NCBI GenBank assembly: GCA_016928515.1
Contig: JAFGKR010000033.1
Coordinates: forward strand, 1 to 45,086
Direction of reading: 5' to 3'
DNA from: Bacteroidota bacterium
Lineage (GTDB): Bacteria > Bacteroidota > Ignavibacteria > SZUA-365
DNA length: 45,086 nt
Numbering within the stretch: position 1 is the first letter of the stretch; each line of letters begins with the position of its first letter. Below, one piece after another: positions 9,333-19,900 of this stretch. A program made the translations under genes and the position numbers. The notes under the pieces were generated by a model. It was not told the origin of the DNA. It ran no database searches and was given only the letters and a program-made list of their open reading frames with translations.

Positions 9333-10634
9333 ATGTATGCAGCCTCCCTGAGCCGTCTGACGGCGGCACTCACCTTCCTGATTCTTCTGTCCTCCTGTGA
9401 TTCCATCCGCTTCTGGGAACGTCCTGAGTCCATCCCCGAAACCGCATACTCAGAGGGCGAAATTCTCGATGTGAGGAAAAAGGCAACCCTCATCCAGAGC
9501 TCCATCGGGACCATGGACCGTCGCGACCTTCCGCTGTTCAGCGTGGGAGACAGCATGCTGGAGGTCACCCTGTATAACGACGCAGGACGTCTGCGACTTG
9601 TTGACGAACGTATCAGCAACAGGAACGGCTCCTACTCACGCAATCGCTATTACTACGATTCCGATGCACTGTTCTTCTTTTATGCCAAATCGCGTATCTG
9701 TGTGAATCCCGGTGGCCATCCTGCCGAGTACGCTGAGGGCCTGACTCGCATGTACTTCAATTCGAAGGGCAATATGTTCCATTACGAGAAGACCATAAAT
9801 GGTCTCTCGACCGAGATGATGGATGGTGAACTTCCGGCCATCATGCGGCGCGCCTTTGCTCTGAGGGAGCTGGAGTGGAACGACAGCACCGGGGTCGTGG
9901 ACACGACTGCCTTTCTCGCAGTGATCTATACCGTGGATGCCTTCGCGGGCAATGCCGCCGGTTTCGAAAACGACTCGGTGGAAGAGATGCCCGCTGAGGA
10001 AACGCCCGACACGCAAGAAATGACCGCGGATAATGGGGAAAAAGGTACTGCTGCTGATGTCACTCCCGGGCAGACCGCCGGGAGGCGGGAGCTGATGCAT
10101 TCCGCCTCGGAAGAGAAGACCGACGGTACAGCGAAAACCTCACAGACCGCACAAGGGCGGCCATCATCAGCCGACCGCAAGCACATCACTCAGGAACGGA
10201 CATCCCCGCCGTCTCCTGTGCCATCCGCACAGCAGCCACCGGCACCCTCTCCACCGCCTGCCGTGGTACCGGCGGACGAAATCCTCATCGAACCGCATAC
10301 ACACGCAATGCTGCCGGGAACCTTGAGCAGCCATCGCATCCGTTTTCAGAAAGGAAGCAGCGGGGCAACACTGAGTGCAAGTGTGCGCAAGGGCCATCAC
10401 AAGGAATATGTGCTCCGGGCGCGACAGGGGCAGCGCATGTCGGTGACACTCCAGACCACACATCCGGATGTGCATTTTCGCGTGTTCCTCAATGACGGTG
10501 ATATCAGCGGGCAGCGCAGAAGCTGGAGTGGTTCCCTGCCGCGCTCCGAGGATTATCACATCGTGGTCTATGTTCGGCAGGATTCCCGGAGCACGGACGA
10601 AGCGGTCTATACCATCACGATGGGTATCCAGTAG
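9333..10634 (+). CDS. modular lipoprotein of unknown function
   Basis: 433 aa with a lipobox (LILLSSC). N-terminal domain of about 200 aa, an acidic/Pro-rich low-complexity linker (..EEMPAEETPDTQEMTADNGEKG..PPSPVPSAQQPPAPSPPPAVVP..) and a C-terminal beta-sandwich-like domain of about 110 aa. Confidence 0.6.
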   Translation: MYAASLSRLTAALTFLILLSSCDSIRFWERPESIPETAYSEGEILDVRKKATLIQSSIGTMDRRDLPLFSVGDSMLEVTLYNDAGRLRLVDERISNRNGSYSRNRYYYDSDALFFFYAKSRICVNPGGHPAEYAEGLTRMYFNSKGNMFHYEKTINGLSTEMMDGELPAIMRRAFALRELEWNDSTGVVDTTAFLAVIYTVDAFAGNAAGFENDSVEEMPAEETPDTQEMTADNGEKGTAADVTPGQTAGRRELMHSASEEKTDGTAKTSQTAQGRPSSADRKHITQERTSPPSPVPSAQQPPAPSPPPAVVPADEILIEPHTHAMLPGTLSSHRIRFQKGSSGATLSASVRKGHHKEYVLRARQGQRMSVTLQTTHPDVHFRVFLNDGDISGQRRSWSGSLPRSEDYHIVVYVRQDSRSTDEAVYTITMGIQ

Positions 10635-10657
10635 CCATTCCCCTCAGAATACACATT

Positions 10658-10681
10658 GAGGCGGCTTCATCCGGCCGCCTC
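10658..10681. terminator. hairpin between convergent genes (weak bidirectional terminator)
   Basis: GAGGCGGC (10658-10665), loop ttcatccg, GCCGCCTC (10674-10681). No flanking T-run on either strand. Confidence 0.35.
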
Positions 10682-10707
10682 GATGCGTATTGGACGATTC
10701 GCGTACG

Positions 10708-11202
10708 CTATTGCGCGGCGCCTGCGGAAAGGTTCTTGCTGCGCTCAATGGACTGCAGGGCAAGATACTGCGATCCGAAACGCTCGAGGTTGTCGATCTC
10801 CGTGTCGTACTGGTCGAAATGACGCTCCTCGTCATCAACCAGCTGCTCGAACAGCTTCTTTGTTTTCGAATCTGCATTTGCGGCGGACTCGTTCGCCCAG
10901 GCATTGTAGTCACGTACGCTGCTTTCTTCCATGCTGCGGGCTAGTTCGAGCATCTCTCGCACCGAGTGCAGTTTCTGTACCTCGTACGCCAGCGTCATTT
11001 CAACTTCGCCCTTGAGGAAGAGAATGCGTTCCGCGAGCTGTTCGACATGCATCATTTCTTCGATGGCGGTTCTGCGAAACAGACTGCTGAGCAATTCGAA
11101 TCCCTGATCATCGCAGTGGAAATGAAAGTACATGTACTGATGCACAGCAGTCAATTCATCCGCGACAGCCTTGTTCAACAGTTCGATGCTTTTTTCGTGC
11201 AT
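10708..11202 (-). CDS. bfr: bacterioferritin
   Basis: Start moved to the internal ATG at 11202 (MHEKSIELLNKAVADELTAVHQYMYFHF...), which has GGAG 7 nt upstream. Ferritin-like di-iron ligand pattern (E..E..H, EEMMHVEQLAERILFLKGE) including the heme-ligand Met position. The 35-aa upstream extension would leave only 9 nt to the divergent gene. Confidence 0.85.
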   Translation of the reverse strand: MHEKSIELLNKAVADELTAVHQYMYFHFHCDDQGFELLSSLFRRTAIEEMMHVEQLAERILFLKGEVEMTLAYEVQKLHSVREMLELARSMEESSVRDYNAWANESAANADSKTKKLFEQLVDDEERHFDQYDTEIDNLERFGSQYLALQSIERSKNLSAGAAQ

Positions 11203-11316
11203 TGGGCACTCCGGTTTATCTGTGAGGAATCGATGGGTGTTGCAGTCCACCGATGAAGAAGATAATTTCCGAAATCCTGAGCTGAAGCGCAAAGATGAAG
11301 CTCTCATCCCGCTGCA

Positions 11317-12489
11317 ATGATGGAGAATCGCATGTTTTCACGACGCTTGCCGCATGACCTCTCGGAGAATCCTCTCGCGAAAGCCTGTACGGATTTACGC
11401 GCCCGGGGTGCTGCCATACTCGATCTCACACCGGCGAACCCGACAGTGGCAGGATTTACATATCCCGACCGGGAGATAGCCATGGCATTTGCCAAAGCTG
11501 CCGTCCGCGTCTACGAACCACATCCGCGCGGACTGCCTGCCGCGCGTACAGCGATCGTTCGGTATTACGCGGAGCACGGTTACGGCGTGGATGCAGGGTC
11601 TCTGCACTGTACGGCATCCAGCAGCGAATCCTATGGCATGCTCTTTCGATTGCTCTGTGATCCCGGGGATGCGATCTGCGTCCCGGCGCCGTCCTATCCG
11701 TTGTTCTCCTATCTGGCCGCTCTGGAGGGTGTCTCTCTTCGCCAGTATCATCTCAGGCGCACACCGTTCGGGGAATGGCGGATTGCCTTTCCGTCACTCG
11801 AGGACACCATCGATGAACAGTGCAAGGCAGTTATTGTCGTCAATCCCTCCAATCCCACGGGGAATTATCTCCAGCCGGAAGAGTACGAACAACTTGAAGC
11901 GTTCTGCGCCCGTCGGAATCTCGCGCTGATTGTCGACGAGGTCTTCCATGATTTTTCATTCGTATCGCATCCGACGCTGCGGACAGTGGGAGGAAGCAGT
12001 ACCGCACTGCGTTTTACGCTGAATGGATTGTCCAAGTTGCTGGGGCTACCTCAGATGAAGCTGGGATGGATTCTTACCGAAGGACCTGCAACCATGCGCG
12101 ATGCCGCGCTTGCGCGGCTGGACGTGATCGCCGACAGCTACCTCAGTGTGGGGACACCGGTCATGGCCGCGGCCGAACGTCTGTTGCCTCTTCATGCAGA
12201 TATTCAGAAGCAGATCACCGCCCGCTGCCGAGGAAATCTTCTCGTAGCCAGAGAGTCGCTCGGTGATCACTTTCTGTCTCCCGAAGGAGGATGGAACCTC
12301 GTCATTGCGCTCGATACGAATCTGAGAGACGACGAGTGGGCCCTGAAGCTGCTGCGGGAAAACCAGGTTCTTGTTCATCCGGGTTATCTCTTCGATTTTC
12401 CGACGGGATCCTACGTCGTGGGAAGTCTCCTGACGGAAGAAGAAACCTTTGCTTCCGGGATCTCGAGCATGATGCCGCTGATTGGGTAA
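11317..12489 (+). CDS. pyridoxal-phosphate-dependent aminotransferase, class I/II
   Basis: 390 aa. NPSNPTG motif and the PLP-lysine context LNGLSKLLGLPQMKLGW. Substrate cannot be assigned from sequence. Confidence 0.85.
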   Translation: MMENRMFSRRLPHDLSENPLAKACTDLRARGAAILDLTPANPTVAGFTYPDREIAMAFAKAAVRVYEPHPRGLPAARTAIVRYYAEHGYGVDAGSLHCTASSSESYGMLFRLLCDPGDAICVPAPSYPLFSYLAALEGVSLRQYHLRRTPFGEWRIAFPSLEDTIDEQCKAVIVVNPSNPTGNYLQPEEYEQLEAFCARRNLALIVDEVFHDFSFVSHPTLRTVGGSSTALRFTLNGLSKLLGLPQMKLGWILTEGPATMRDAALARLDVIADSYLSVGTPVMAAAERLLPLHADIQKQITARCRGNLLVARESLGDHFLSPEGGWNLVIALDTNLRDDEWALKLLRENQVLVHPGYLFDFPTGSYVVGSLLTEEETFASGISSMMPLIG

Positions 12490-12702
12490 GCGAGAAACGG
12501 AGAAAACAGAGGTGTCGTGTCCATTTATCCGATATTCCGGTCCGGTTGACTTTGAATCCGGCGGACGCTACTTTTTATTTCCCATCGAATGTATCAGTGC
12601 CGTGGGGTGTCAGGAATCCCGATGGATGTGCTGCGCATCACATACGGGTATTGATTCTTTCGAAGGTCATTCGACGAGTTACTCAAAGCAAGGAGATGAA
12701 TC

Positions 12703-13359
12703 ATGGAAGAAATGAAGGAAGTACGGGAAATGCCGTCCCTGCCACGCCTCGGTGCTCCTGCACCGCAATTCGAAGCCGTCACCACACATGGGACGCTGAA
12801 ACTCGAAGACTACAAGGGATCTTGGCTCATTCTTTTCTCGCATCCCGCCGATTTCACACCTGTGTGCACGACGGAGTTCATCGGTTTCGCGGAGATCTAT
12901 CCGCAGCTCAAGGAAATGAACACCGAACTGCTCGGTTTGAGCATTGACAGTGTTTACTCCCATATCGCGTGGGTGCGGAACATCAAGGAGAAGATGGGTG
13001 TCGACATCCCCTTCCCGGTGATTGCGGATCTGAACAAGGATGTCGCAACGAAGTATGGTATGGTCATGCCGGGGGAAAGCGATACCGAGACGTCCCGCTG
13101 CGTGTTCATTATTGACGACAAGCAGATTATCCGTGCGATGATTTACTATCCACTCACGACGGGTCGCAACATGGACGAAATTCTTCGTACGATGCAGGCA
13201 TTGCAGGCCACCGACAAGAACGGTATTGCTACACCGGCAAACTGGCGTCCGGGTGACAAGGTCATCGTCCCACCTCCGAAAACCGCCGAGATGGCCGACA
13301 AGCGCGTGGGCGAAGGATACGAGTGCAGCGACTGGTATTTCTGCAAAAAGGAGCTTTGA
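12703..13359 (+). CDS. peroxiredoxin, Prx6/archaeal-type (peroxidatic Cys plus C-terminal C-x5-C)
   Basis: 218 aa. FSHPADFTPVCTTE active-site motif and C-terminal ECSDWYFC. AGGAG lies 7 nt upstream of the ATG. Confidence 0.9.
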   Translation: MEEMKEVREMPSLPRLGAPAPQFEAVTTHGTLKLEDYKGSWLILFSHPADFTPVCTTEFIGFAEIYPQLKEMNTELLGLSIDSVYSHIAWVRNIKEKMGVDIPFPVIADLNKDVATKYGMVMPGESDTETSRCVFIIDDKQIIRAMIYYPLTTGRNMDEILRTMQALQATDKNGIATPANWRPGDKVIVPPPKTAEMADKRVGEGYECSDWYFCKKEL

Positions 13360-13365
13360 TACATC

Positions 13366-13590
13366 ATGGCCTGCATAGAGCCGGGAGGTGCATTGTCCCC
13401 ATCGGGCGTCGACATGCTCAAGGCTATGAAAGAGCCGATGACGGCAATTGAGATTGCCGCATTGAGCAGTCAACCTGTGTTCAAGGTGCGCAGCAGTATG
13501 CGGGAACTGGTGGATGCTGGTCTCGTGACAACCGACGGTGAGCGATATTCGATCACGGGCAAGGGGAAGGAAGCCATCCAGGATCAGTAG
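13366..13590 (+). CDS. small winged-helix DNA-binding-like protein
   Basis: 74 aa, starting 6 nt after the prx stop. Helix-turn-helix-like segment (MTAIEIAALSSQPVFKVRSSMRELVDAGLVTTDGERYSITGKG). The true start may be an internal Met. No homology search was possible. Confidence 0.5.
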   Translation: MACIEPGGALSPSGVDMLKAMKEPMTAIEIAALSSQPVFKVRSSMRELVDAGLVTTDGERYSITGKGKEAIQDQ

Positions 13591-13631
13591 GCCTCTGCAC
13601 TTTCCGGAGAGCCGTCACCGAACGGAAACAC

Positions 13632-13657
13632 AAGGGGCGCACGTGTGTGCGCCCCTT
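13632..13657. terminator. bidirectional hairpin terminator between convergent genes
   Basis: Perfect 11-bp stem AAGGGGCGCAC (13632-13642), loop gtgt, GTGCGCCCCTT (13647-13657). Flanked by a second imperfect inverted repeat (aacggaaac 13621-13629 / gtctccgtt 13661-13669). No long T-runs. Confidence 0.65.
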
Positions 13658-13688
13658 TACGTCTCCGTTCCGATCCCGTCTGTCTGGA

Positions 13689-15947
13689 CTATCTGTTTTT
13701 CTGTGCGATGAGATTCAGCGCGCTGCCGGCCTCCCACCACTCGATCTGCTGTGCGTTCATGGTGTGATTCAAAAGGATTGTGTCGGTGCTGCCATCAGCA
13801 TGGGTAACGACCATGGTCAACGGTGCACCGGGTGCGAGTTCGTTGATGTGCAGCGTCATGCGATCGTCTTCCAGTATCTTGTCGTAATCTGTCGGATCCG
13901 CGAAGGTCAGGGGAAGCATGCCCTGTTTTTTCAGATTTGTCTCATGAATGCGGGCGAAGGATTTCACGATGATCGCCTTCCCGCCAAGATGCCGCGGTTC
14001 CATGGCCGCGTGCTCGCGACTTGATCCTTCACCGTAATTCTCATCGCCGACAACCACCCAGGCCTCACCGGCCGCTTTGTAGGCGCGCGCGACGTTGGGG
14101 ACTTCGTCGTAGGTTCCGGTGTTCTGATTCTTGACTTTGTTCGCGACGCCGTTAAAATCATTGATCGCGCCAATGAACATGTTGTTCGAGATGTTGTCGA
14201 GATGACCGCGGAAACGCAGCCATGGGCCGGCCATGGAAATATGATCCGTCGTGCATTTGCCGCGGGCTTTCAACAGCAGGTGCATATTCTCGTATTCCTC
14301 CTGCTTCGGCGGAGCGAACGGAGTCAGCACCTGCAGGCGGTTGCTGGCGGGATCGACGGTGACTGGTACCCCTGAACCGTCCTCTGCGGGCGGAACATAG
14401 CCCTCCGGATCCGGTACGAAACCCTGCGCAGGCAATTCTTCCCCCGATGGCGGATCGAGAAGGACTTCCTCCCCATGTTCGTTAACGAGGGTGTCCTTCG
14501 TGAAGTCGAAAGTCAAACGTCCAGCCAGAGCGAGCGCCGCGACGGTTTCTGGACTGGCGACAAAGGCATGCGTGTCGGGATTTCCGTCGTTCCGTCCGGT
14601 GAAATTGCGGTTGAAGGATGTAATGATGGAATTTCGGTCACCCTTTTGCACGTCATGACGCTTCCATTGACCGATGCACGGACCACAGGCGTTCGCCAGC
14701 ACGGTGCCACCGATCGCTTCGAGAGTGCCGAGCTGGCCGTCACGCTCGATCGTTGCACGTACCTGTTCGGAGCCGGGAGTGATAGTGAATTCCGATTTCG
14801 CCTTCAGTCCTTTCATTCGTGCCTGCTTTGCAATAGCAGCGACCCGGTCGATATCCTCATAGCTGGAGTTCGTGCATGACCCGATCAGTGCCACGCGCAG
14901 TTCCTCCGGCCAGCCGTTTTCCTTCACCGCCTGCGCGAAAACGGAGATGGGATGTGCCCGGTCAGGAGTGAACGGTCCGTTCACATGCGGTTCCAGCGTG
15001 CTCAGGTCGATGTGAATTACCTGGTCATAGTATGTTTCGGGATCGGCTTCTACCTCGGGATCCGCCTGGAGATGTGTGGCCAGTCCGTCGGCAAGATCAG
15101 CCACGTCGGCGCGTGCAGTGGAACGGAGGTACTTCGAGATCTTTTCATCATACGGAAAGAGAGAGGTCGTGGCGCCGATTTCAGCACCCATGTTGCAGAT
15201 CGTGCCCTTTCCGGTGGCGGAGATCGTGCGGCAGCCATCCCCGAAATACTCGACGATCGCACCCGTGCCACCCTTGACGGTCAGAATGCCTGCGAGTTTG
15301 AGAATGACATCCTTTGGCGAGGTCCACCCGCTCATTTGTCCTGAGAGTTTCACGCCGATCAGTTTCGGGAATTTCAGTTCCCACGGCATGCCGGCCATCA
15401 CATCCACGGCATCCGCACCACCGACACCGATGGCGATCATGCCCAACCCACCGGCATTGGGTGTATGCGAATCCGTACCGATCATCATTCCGCCCGGAAA
15501 GGCGTAGTTTTCCAACACGACCTGGTGAATGATACCCGCACCCGGCTTCCAGAAACCGATACCGTATTTCCTGGATACCGATGCAAGGAAGTCGAAAACC
15601 TCACGGTTGGTATCGAGCGAGGAGGCCAGGTCAGCTTTCGCACCATGCTCCGCGAGAATGAGATGATCGCAGTGAACGGTCGAGGGGACGGCAACCTGGG
15701 GAATACCGGCACTCATGAACTGCAGTAGCGCCATTTGGGCTGTCGCGTCCTGCATGGCGACACGGTCAGGGCCGAAATTGACGTAGTCCTTCGCCCGTTG
15801 CAGCGGGGTTTCCGGTGTCTCCCGTAGATGGGAATAGAGGACTTTTTCCGCGTAGGTAAGGGGACGATTCAGCAAGGTGCGGGCAGCCGCAATCTGCTCA
15901 GGAAGCCCGGCATACACTCGCTGAATCATGTCAATGTTCATGGTCAT
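13689..15947 (-). CDS. acn: aconitate hydratase (mitochondrial-type, about 750 aa)
   Basis: 752 aa. Fe-S cluster Cys motifs ([19 protein letters not shown]) and substrate-site motifs ([25 protein letters not shown]). Confidence 0.95.
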   Translation of the reverse strand: MTMNIDMIQRVYAGLPEQIAAARTLLNRPLTYAEKVLYSHLRETPETPLQRAKDYVNFGPDRVAMQDATAQMALLQFMSAGIPQVAVPSTVHCDHLILAEHGAKADLASSLDTNREVFDFLASVSRKYGIGFWKPGAGIIHQVVLENYAFPGGMMIGTDSHTPNAGGLGMIAIGVGGADAVDVMAGMPWELKFPKLIGVKLSGQMSGWTSPKDVILKLAGILTVKGGTGAIVEYFGDGCRTISATGKGTICNMGAEIGATTSLFPYDEKISKYLRSTARADVADLADGLATHLQADPEVEADPETYYDQVIHIDLSTLEPHVNGPFTPDRAHPISVFAQAVKENGWPEELRVALIGSCTNSSYEDIDRVAAIAKQARMKGLKAKSEFTITPGSEQVRATIERDGQLGTLEAIGGTVLANACGPCIGQWKRHDVQKGDRNSIITSFNRNFTGRNDGNPDTHAFVASPETVAALALAGRLTFDFTKDTLVNEHGEEVLLDPPSGEELPAQGFVPDPEGYVPPAEDGSGVPVTVDPASNRLQVLTPFAPPKQEEYENMHLLLKARGKCTTDHISMAGPWLRFRGHLDNISNNMFIGAINDFNGVANKVKNQNTGTYDEVPNVARAYKAAGEAWVVVGDENYGEGSSREHAAMEPRHLGGKAIIVKSFARIHETNLKKQGMLPLTFADPTDYDKILEDDRMTLHINELAPGAPLTMVVTHADGSTDTILLNHTMNAQQIEWWEAGSALNLIAQKNR

Positions 15948-16014
15948 GGTGCTGTCTCCGTTTGGATCGTGGGTATTCTGTAATATACGAAATCGGGATT
16001 GTCACTTCACGTCA

Positions 16015-16047
16015 AAGCCCCGAACACCTCTGCGGTGCACGGGGCTT
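16015..16047 (-). terminator. hairpin downstream of the 263-aa hypothetical gene
   Basis: AAGCCCCG (16015-16022) pairs with CGGGGCTT (16040-16047) across a 17-nt loop. On the minus strand it is followed by only a short T. Lies between a stop codon and the aconitase promoter region. Confidence 0.4.
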
Positions 16048-16068
16048 GAAACGATTCAGGGATGGATG

Positions 16069-16860
16069 TCAACGGGCGTTCTTCCACCAGTCGTAATGCG
16101 TGGTCTCAAGTTCATGCCGACTGGGAATGGGGAAGAACAGCATATTGCCCTTCGCATCGAAAAACCAGAAGCCGTGGCGCAGAACACGGTAACTGATGCT
16201 GTGAAGCACAGAGGAAAGGCTGATAGTTTTTACGGTCTTCTTTTCGTTCTGCTGCAGTTCCGTCAGGCAATCGAGAAGGCGGTAGGGATTGCTGTCGGGG
16301 ATGGGTGAGACGATGAGTTCCCGGTTCTTACTCGATGCCATGAACTCCTCAATGTTCAGGTCAATCTGCGTGAAGCACACCCGTCCCGCACCTTTGGCCG
16401 TGTCGTGCGTGATATATTTTCCGAATTCACGCTGATCGAGACGTGAAGCGATGAGATTCCGAACCGGTGCGATCTCCTGGAAAATGCGGATCAAACCGGG
16501 GACATTGTCGGCAGTGTATTCAGCCGGAGAGAGTTCCAGTGCCTTCCCACTCACGGTCACGAGATACAGTTTGCGGATCACATCGAATGGCACGTGCTCC
16601 AGAACACGGTACGAAGAAATGAACTTTGTTCGTTTCGGGCTGCCGTCCGAGTGGGGAATGGTTTTCTCAAGGTATTCGTCAATCTGGAAATACGGATCGC
16701 GGAACATAATATCCAGCTCCGCGAAAACGACTTTTCCCTGGAAATGGCGGGCGCTCCCGATCGTGTAATGCTGGGCGAAGGCACGTGGCTCGAGCTGTGA
16801 CGCGACCAGGGCGTTGATCGGAAAAATGATCATGTAGAGGTGTTTCTGGTATTCTGCCAT
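16069..16860 (-). CDS. hypothetical protein (263 aa, soluble, no recognisable motif)
   Basis: ATG ORF filling the whole interval between flanking genes, with coding-like composition. I recognise no family. Confidence 0.6.
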   Translation of the reverse strand: MAEYQKHLYMIIFPINALVASQLEPRAFAQHYTIGSARHFQGKVVFAELDIMFRDPYFQIDEYLEKTIPHSDGSPKRTKFISSYRVLEHVPFDVIRKLYLVTVSGKALELSPAEYTADNVPGLIRIFQEIAPVRNLIASRLDQREFGKYITHDTAKGAGRVCFTQIDLNIEEFMASSKNRELIVSPIPDSNPYRLLDCLTELQQNEKKTVKTISLSSVLHSISYRVLRHGFWFFDAKGNMLFFPIPSRHELETTHYDWWKNAR

Positions 16861-16939
16861 GGTGTTCGATCAATCGGGAATGAATAATGGAAATTGCTTC
16901 GAATAATCAATTTAGAGATTCAGTACGCATGCCGCAAGT

Positions 16940-19900
16940 TCATTGCGCGAGATTTTTGTTTCCCGATGTGTCCGGAAGACTCTTCACCTTCGATGTGGGC
17001 CCCGAACGTGATTCCATCATGATGTTGCCTTGGATGTTCAGGAACAGATACACGCTGTCCACCGACGCATCCATCGGGAGGAAACGCACGCGCTGGGAAT
17101 CCGCAGCCAGGGGAAGGTGTTCGCGCAGCTCCTGTCGGAATCGGTCGGGATTGTACGAACGAATGCGTCCTTTCGGCATGTGGACATCCAGCGAAAGCTG
17201 AGGGAATTTGGCCAGCTGCGACTGCAGGTTGTTCAGACGGACAATCTCTGTCGGACCGAAGGTCGGACTTCCACCTGCAGCGAAACTTCGTTCCCTGTCG
17301 ATCCAGCTGAATTGAATGCTGCTGCCCGGCATGGAAATGCGCCCCGCGATCAGCGTGGAAAGAATATCCTGCGCATCTTCCGTCAGGGGAGCATCGGAGA
17401 GATACACAAAATTCAGTGCCGGACTCAGTGTATCCAACGTCAATTCGGCGTTCATGCTGACGATATCGATGCGCCGTGACAGGGGCAGTGAGCGCAGAAT
17501 GCTTTGCGCCTGGAAGCGCAGGTCACCGATGGCTGCCGCAAACGTGCGCGGTCCGATGGGCGCTATCCCCGGTAGGTCGGGAGTGAGAAGTCCACGGACG
17601 GTGCTTCCCTCACCGATATCGCTGAGGGTCTGTACGAGATTCAATCGTGTCGGAATGCCGGTCCGATCACGGACGCGTTCCTCAAACCTGCGGATATCCT
17701 CCGAGGTGAAAAAGCTGTTAGTCGCGACCTGGAGTTTCACCTCGATCTGATCCTCACCGATGCTTGATGACGAATTGAGAATCGTTGAACGGTGCTTGAT
17801 GTCGAATAGCTCAGCAACCTTCGTGATAGCCTGGCGAGCACGAAGCTCGACAGTGAGCTGATTGAGTGCTGATTGCAGCGGAATGAGAATAAGAAGCAGG
17901 AAGAATCCGATGACGATGACTCGGGCACGTACGGAGCCGGTTCGTCCGACGAGCGTGCTCAGGCGAAGCTTTTCAAAAACGGCACTGATGATCGGGTGAG
18001 TCAGCTCCTGCTCCTTCCAGCGGCGAACGGATTCGAAACCGGCCGCTTTCGGCATTCCCACCAGGAGGAAAACGATCATCGCACCAAGAATATTTGCGAA
18101 AAGATTGGCGGTGAACAGGAGTGCAGCGCCACGGAAGATCTCCATTGCGAAACCGTTGGCGATGCTGAATCCCATGACGGTTAATGGGGGAAGCAGCGTG
18201 ATCGCGATAATGGCACTCGGGAGAAACTGGACGAAGCGATTCTTGCGCGAAAGCATTGCCGCCCCGGCCATCCCACCGAACAGGGCGATGAGAAAATCGA
18301 TGATGGTCGGTCGCGTGCGGGATGCAATTTCCCCTGTGACTTCGGCAAAGGGGAGAACATCCGAGAGCAGTGCAGATAGAATAACCACAAGTAGCATCAC
18401 CAGCACCATTTTGAAAGCGATGCGCAGGAGAAGATAGATCTCGCCGGATGCGAGGGAAAGCCCCGCGGCAAGGATCTGGTACATGATCGGCATGATCAGG
18501 GATCCACCGATGATGATGGCGCTCTGATCGAGAATGAGGCCAAGTGTCGTGATGGCGGTGGCAAGTGCGACCTGCACCCAGAACAGTGGTTCGGAAATAT
18601 GTGCAGCCCGATATGCCTCGAGATAGCCCCGTTCGCGGTCGCCGATGTGAATGCCGAATATGCGTGCCATCCAATCGGTGAAGTTTTGCGGAGGTGGTTC
18701 GTCCTTGAATCCGATATCCGCCGAAAACAGGGTCTGCTCGTACGAGCTGAAGGCGTCACCCTCAGGCGCCTCGCCGCCAGTCATCGTGCCACGGAAAACC
18801 GGTTCGGGTCCCGCTGCGGCTTCGGATTTCCCTGCGGATGTGGGTTCTGACGAAGATAGTTTTCTACCGGTCGGTTCTTCTCTGTGGACAGCTTCTTCCC
18901 GGTGCATCGATTCTGCCGTGTGCCCAACCTGGGAACGTCCCGTGTGATCGGTGTCATCGATTGTGTGTGCCGGGGATGTGCCGATGCGCTCAAGGTCGGC
19001 GAGAGAGGCAGGAGTGGATCCCGTTGTCGCCTGCATCGGCGCGATGGCCGGTTCAGGTGTGCCGGCATACCCGACGGCCAAGGGCAGTTCACCGCGCTGC
19101 CGTTCCGCGCGGAGGCGCCGTTCGGCGAAGATAATGCTGCCGGTCATGTAAATGTTGGTGAGGACGATGACTCCGAAGGCATAGAGCGGAAACAGCTCCG
19201 TTCCGGGAATCCGGGCCTGTTGAAAGGGCAGCAGTGCCATGACAGCTGTTGCGAGACCGCGTGGAAGCATGGCCATGATGGTCTGCAATTCCCCTTCGGT
19301 GAATCCGTGGCTCATACGCCGGAAGCCGTACATCATCAACCGGCGCCCGATGAGCAGAAGAGCGGTCATGCCGAGGATGAACAGACCGATCGTCCAGGTC
19401 AATTCATTGAAATCCAGAAGCAGTCCCAGATACACGAAAAAGAAGGTCCGCAGAAGGAAAGAGATTTCCTCGGTAATGTTCTTGATGAACTGGTTGAGAA
19501 TGAATTTCTCGGACTTGATGTCAATGCCGAAGAAATGCCGGAGACGTTCACCGATCTTGTTGGCCATGACCTGCATGTTTTCGAGGACAAGACCGAACAT
19601 GAGCACGGCAATGGCGGCGCTGCCGTGCATCTCCTCCACCGCGAAATACAGAAGGAACATGAAGCCGAGCGTCAGCATGTATGCCAGCGGCTCTTTTCCC
19701 ATCCATCCGATCAGTCGTGACCACAGGACGCCGGCAATCGACGCCACGACAAAGGCAACGCCGAAGGAGATGACGAAGCGCATGATCACCGTTCCGACGC
19801 TCTGGGAACCGCTGGTGTGAATGTCCACCAGCAGCAGGACGGAAACGATGAGCAGAACCTCTCCCAACGCCGATTCCAGCTTGACAATGGTTTTGATCTC

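Noticed and set aside
11203-11307. 35-aa N-terminal extension of bacterioferritin (MRASSLRFSS...), and a Fur-box-like GATAATTTCCGAAATC with ATTTC/GAAAT arms in the same spacer.
   Set aside because: The extension would leave only 9 nt to the divergent aminotransferase gene, and the internal ATG has a proper GGAG. The Fur-like sequence matches only about half of the 19-bp consensus, and the 5-bp arms are expected by chance.
16917-16938. Possible sigma-54 promoter (minus strand CGGCATGCGTACTGA) upstream of the 263-aa hypothetical gene. Similar weak candidates lie near 2490-2510 and 32490-32510.
   Set aside because: The invariant GC of the -12 element is missing or the GG-to-GC spacing is off by one in every case. 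No candidate reaches a believable TGGCAC-N5-TTGC match.
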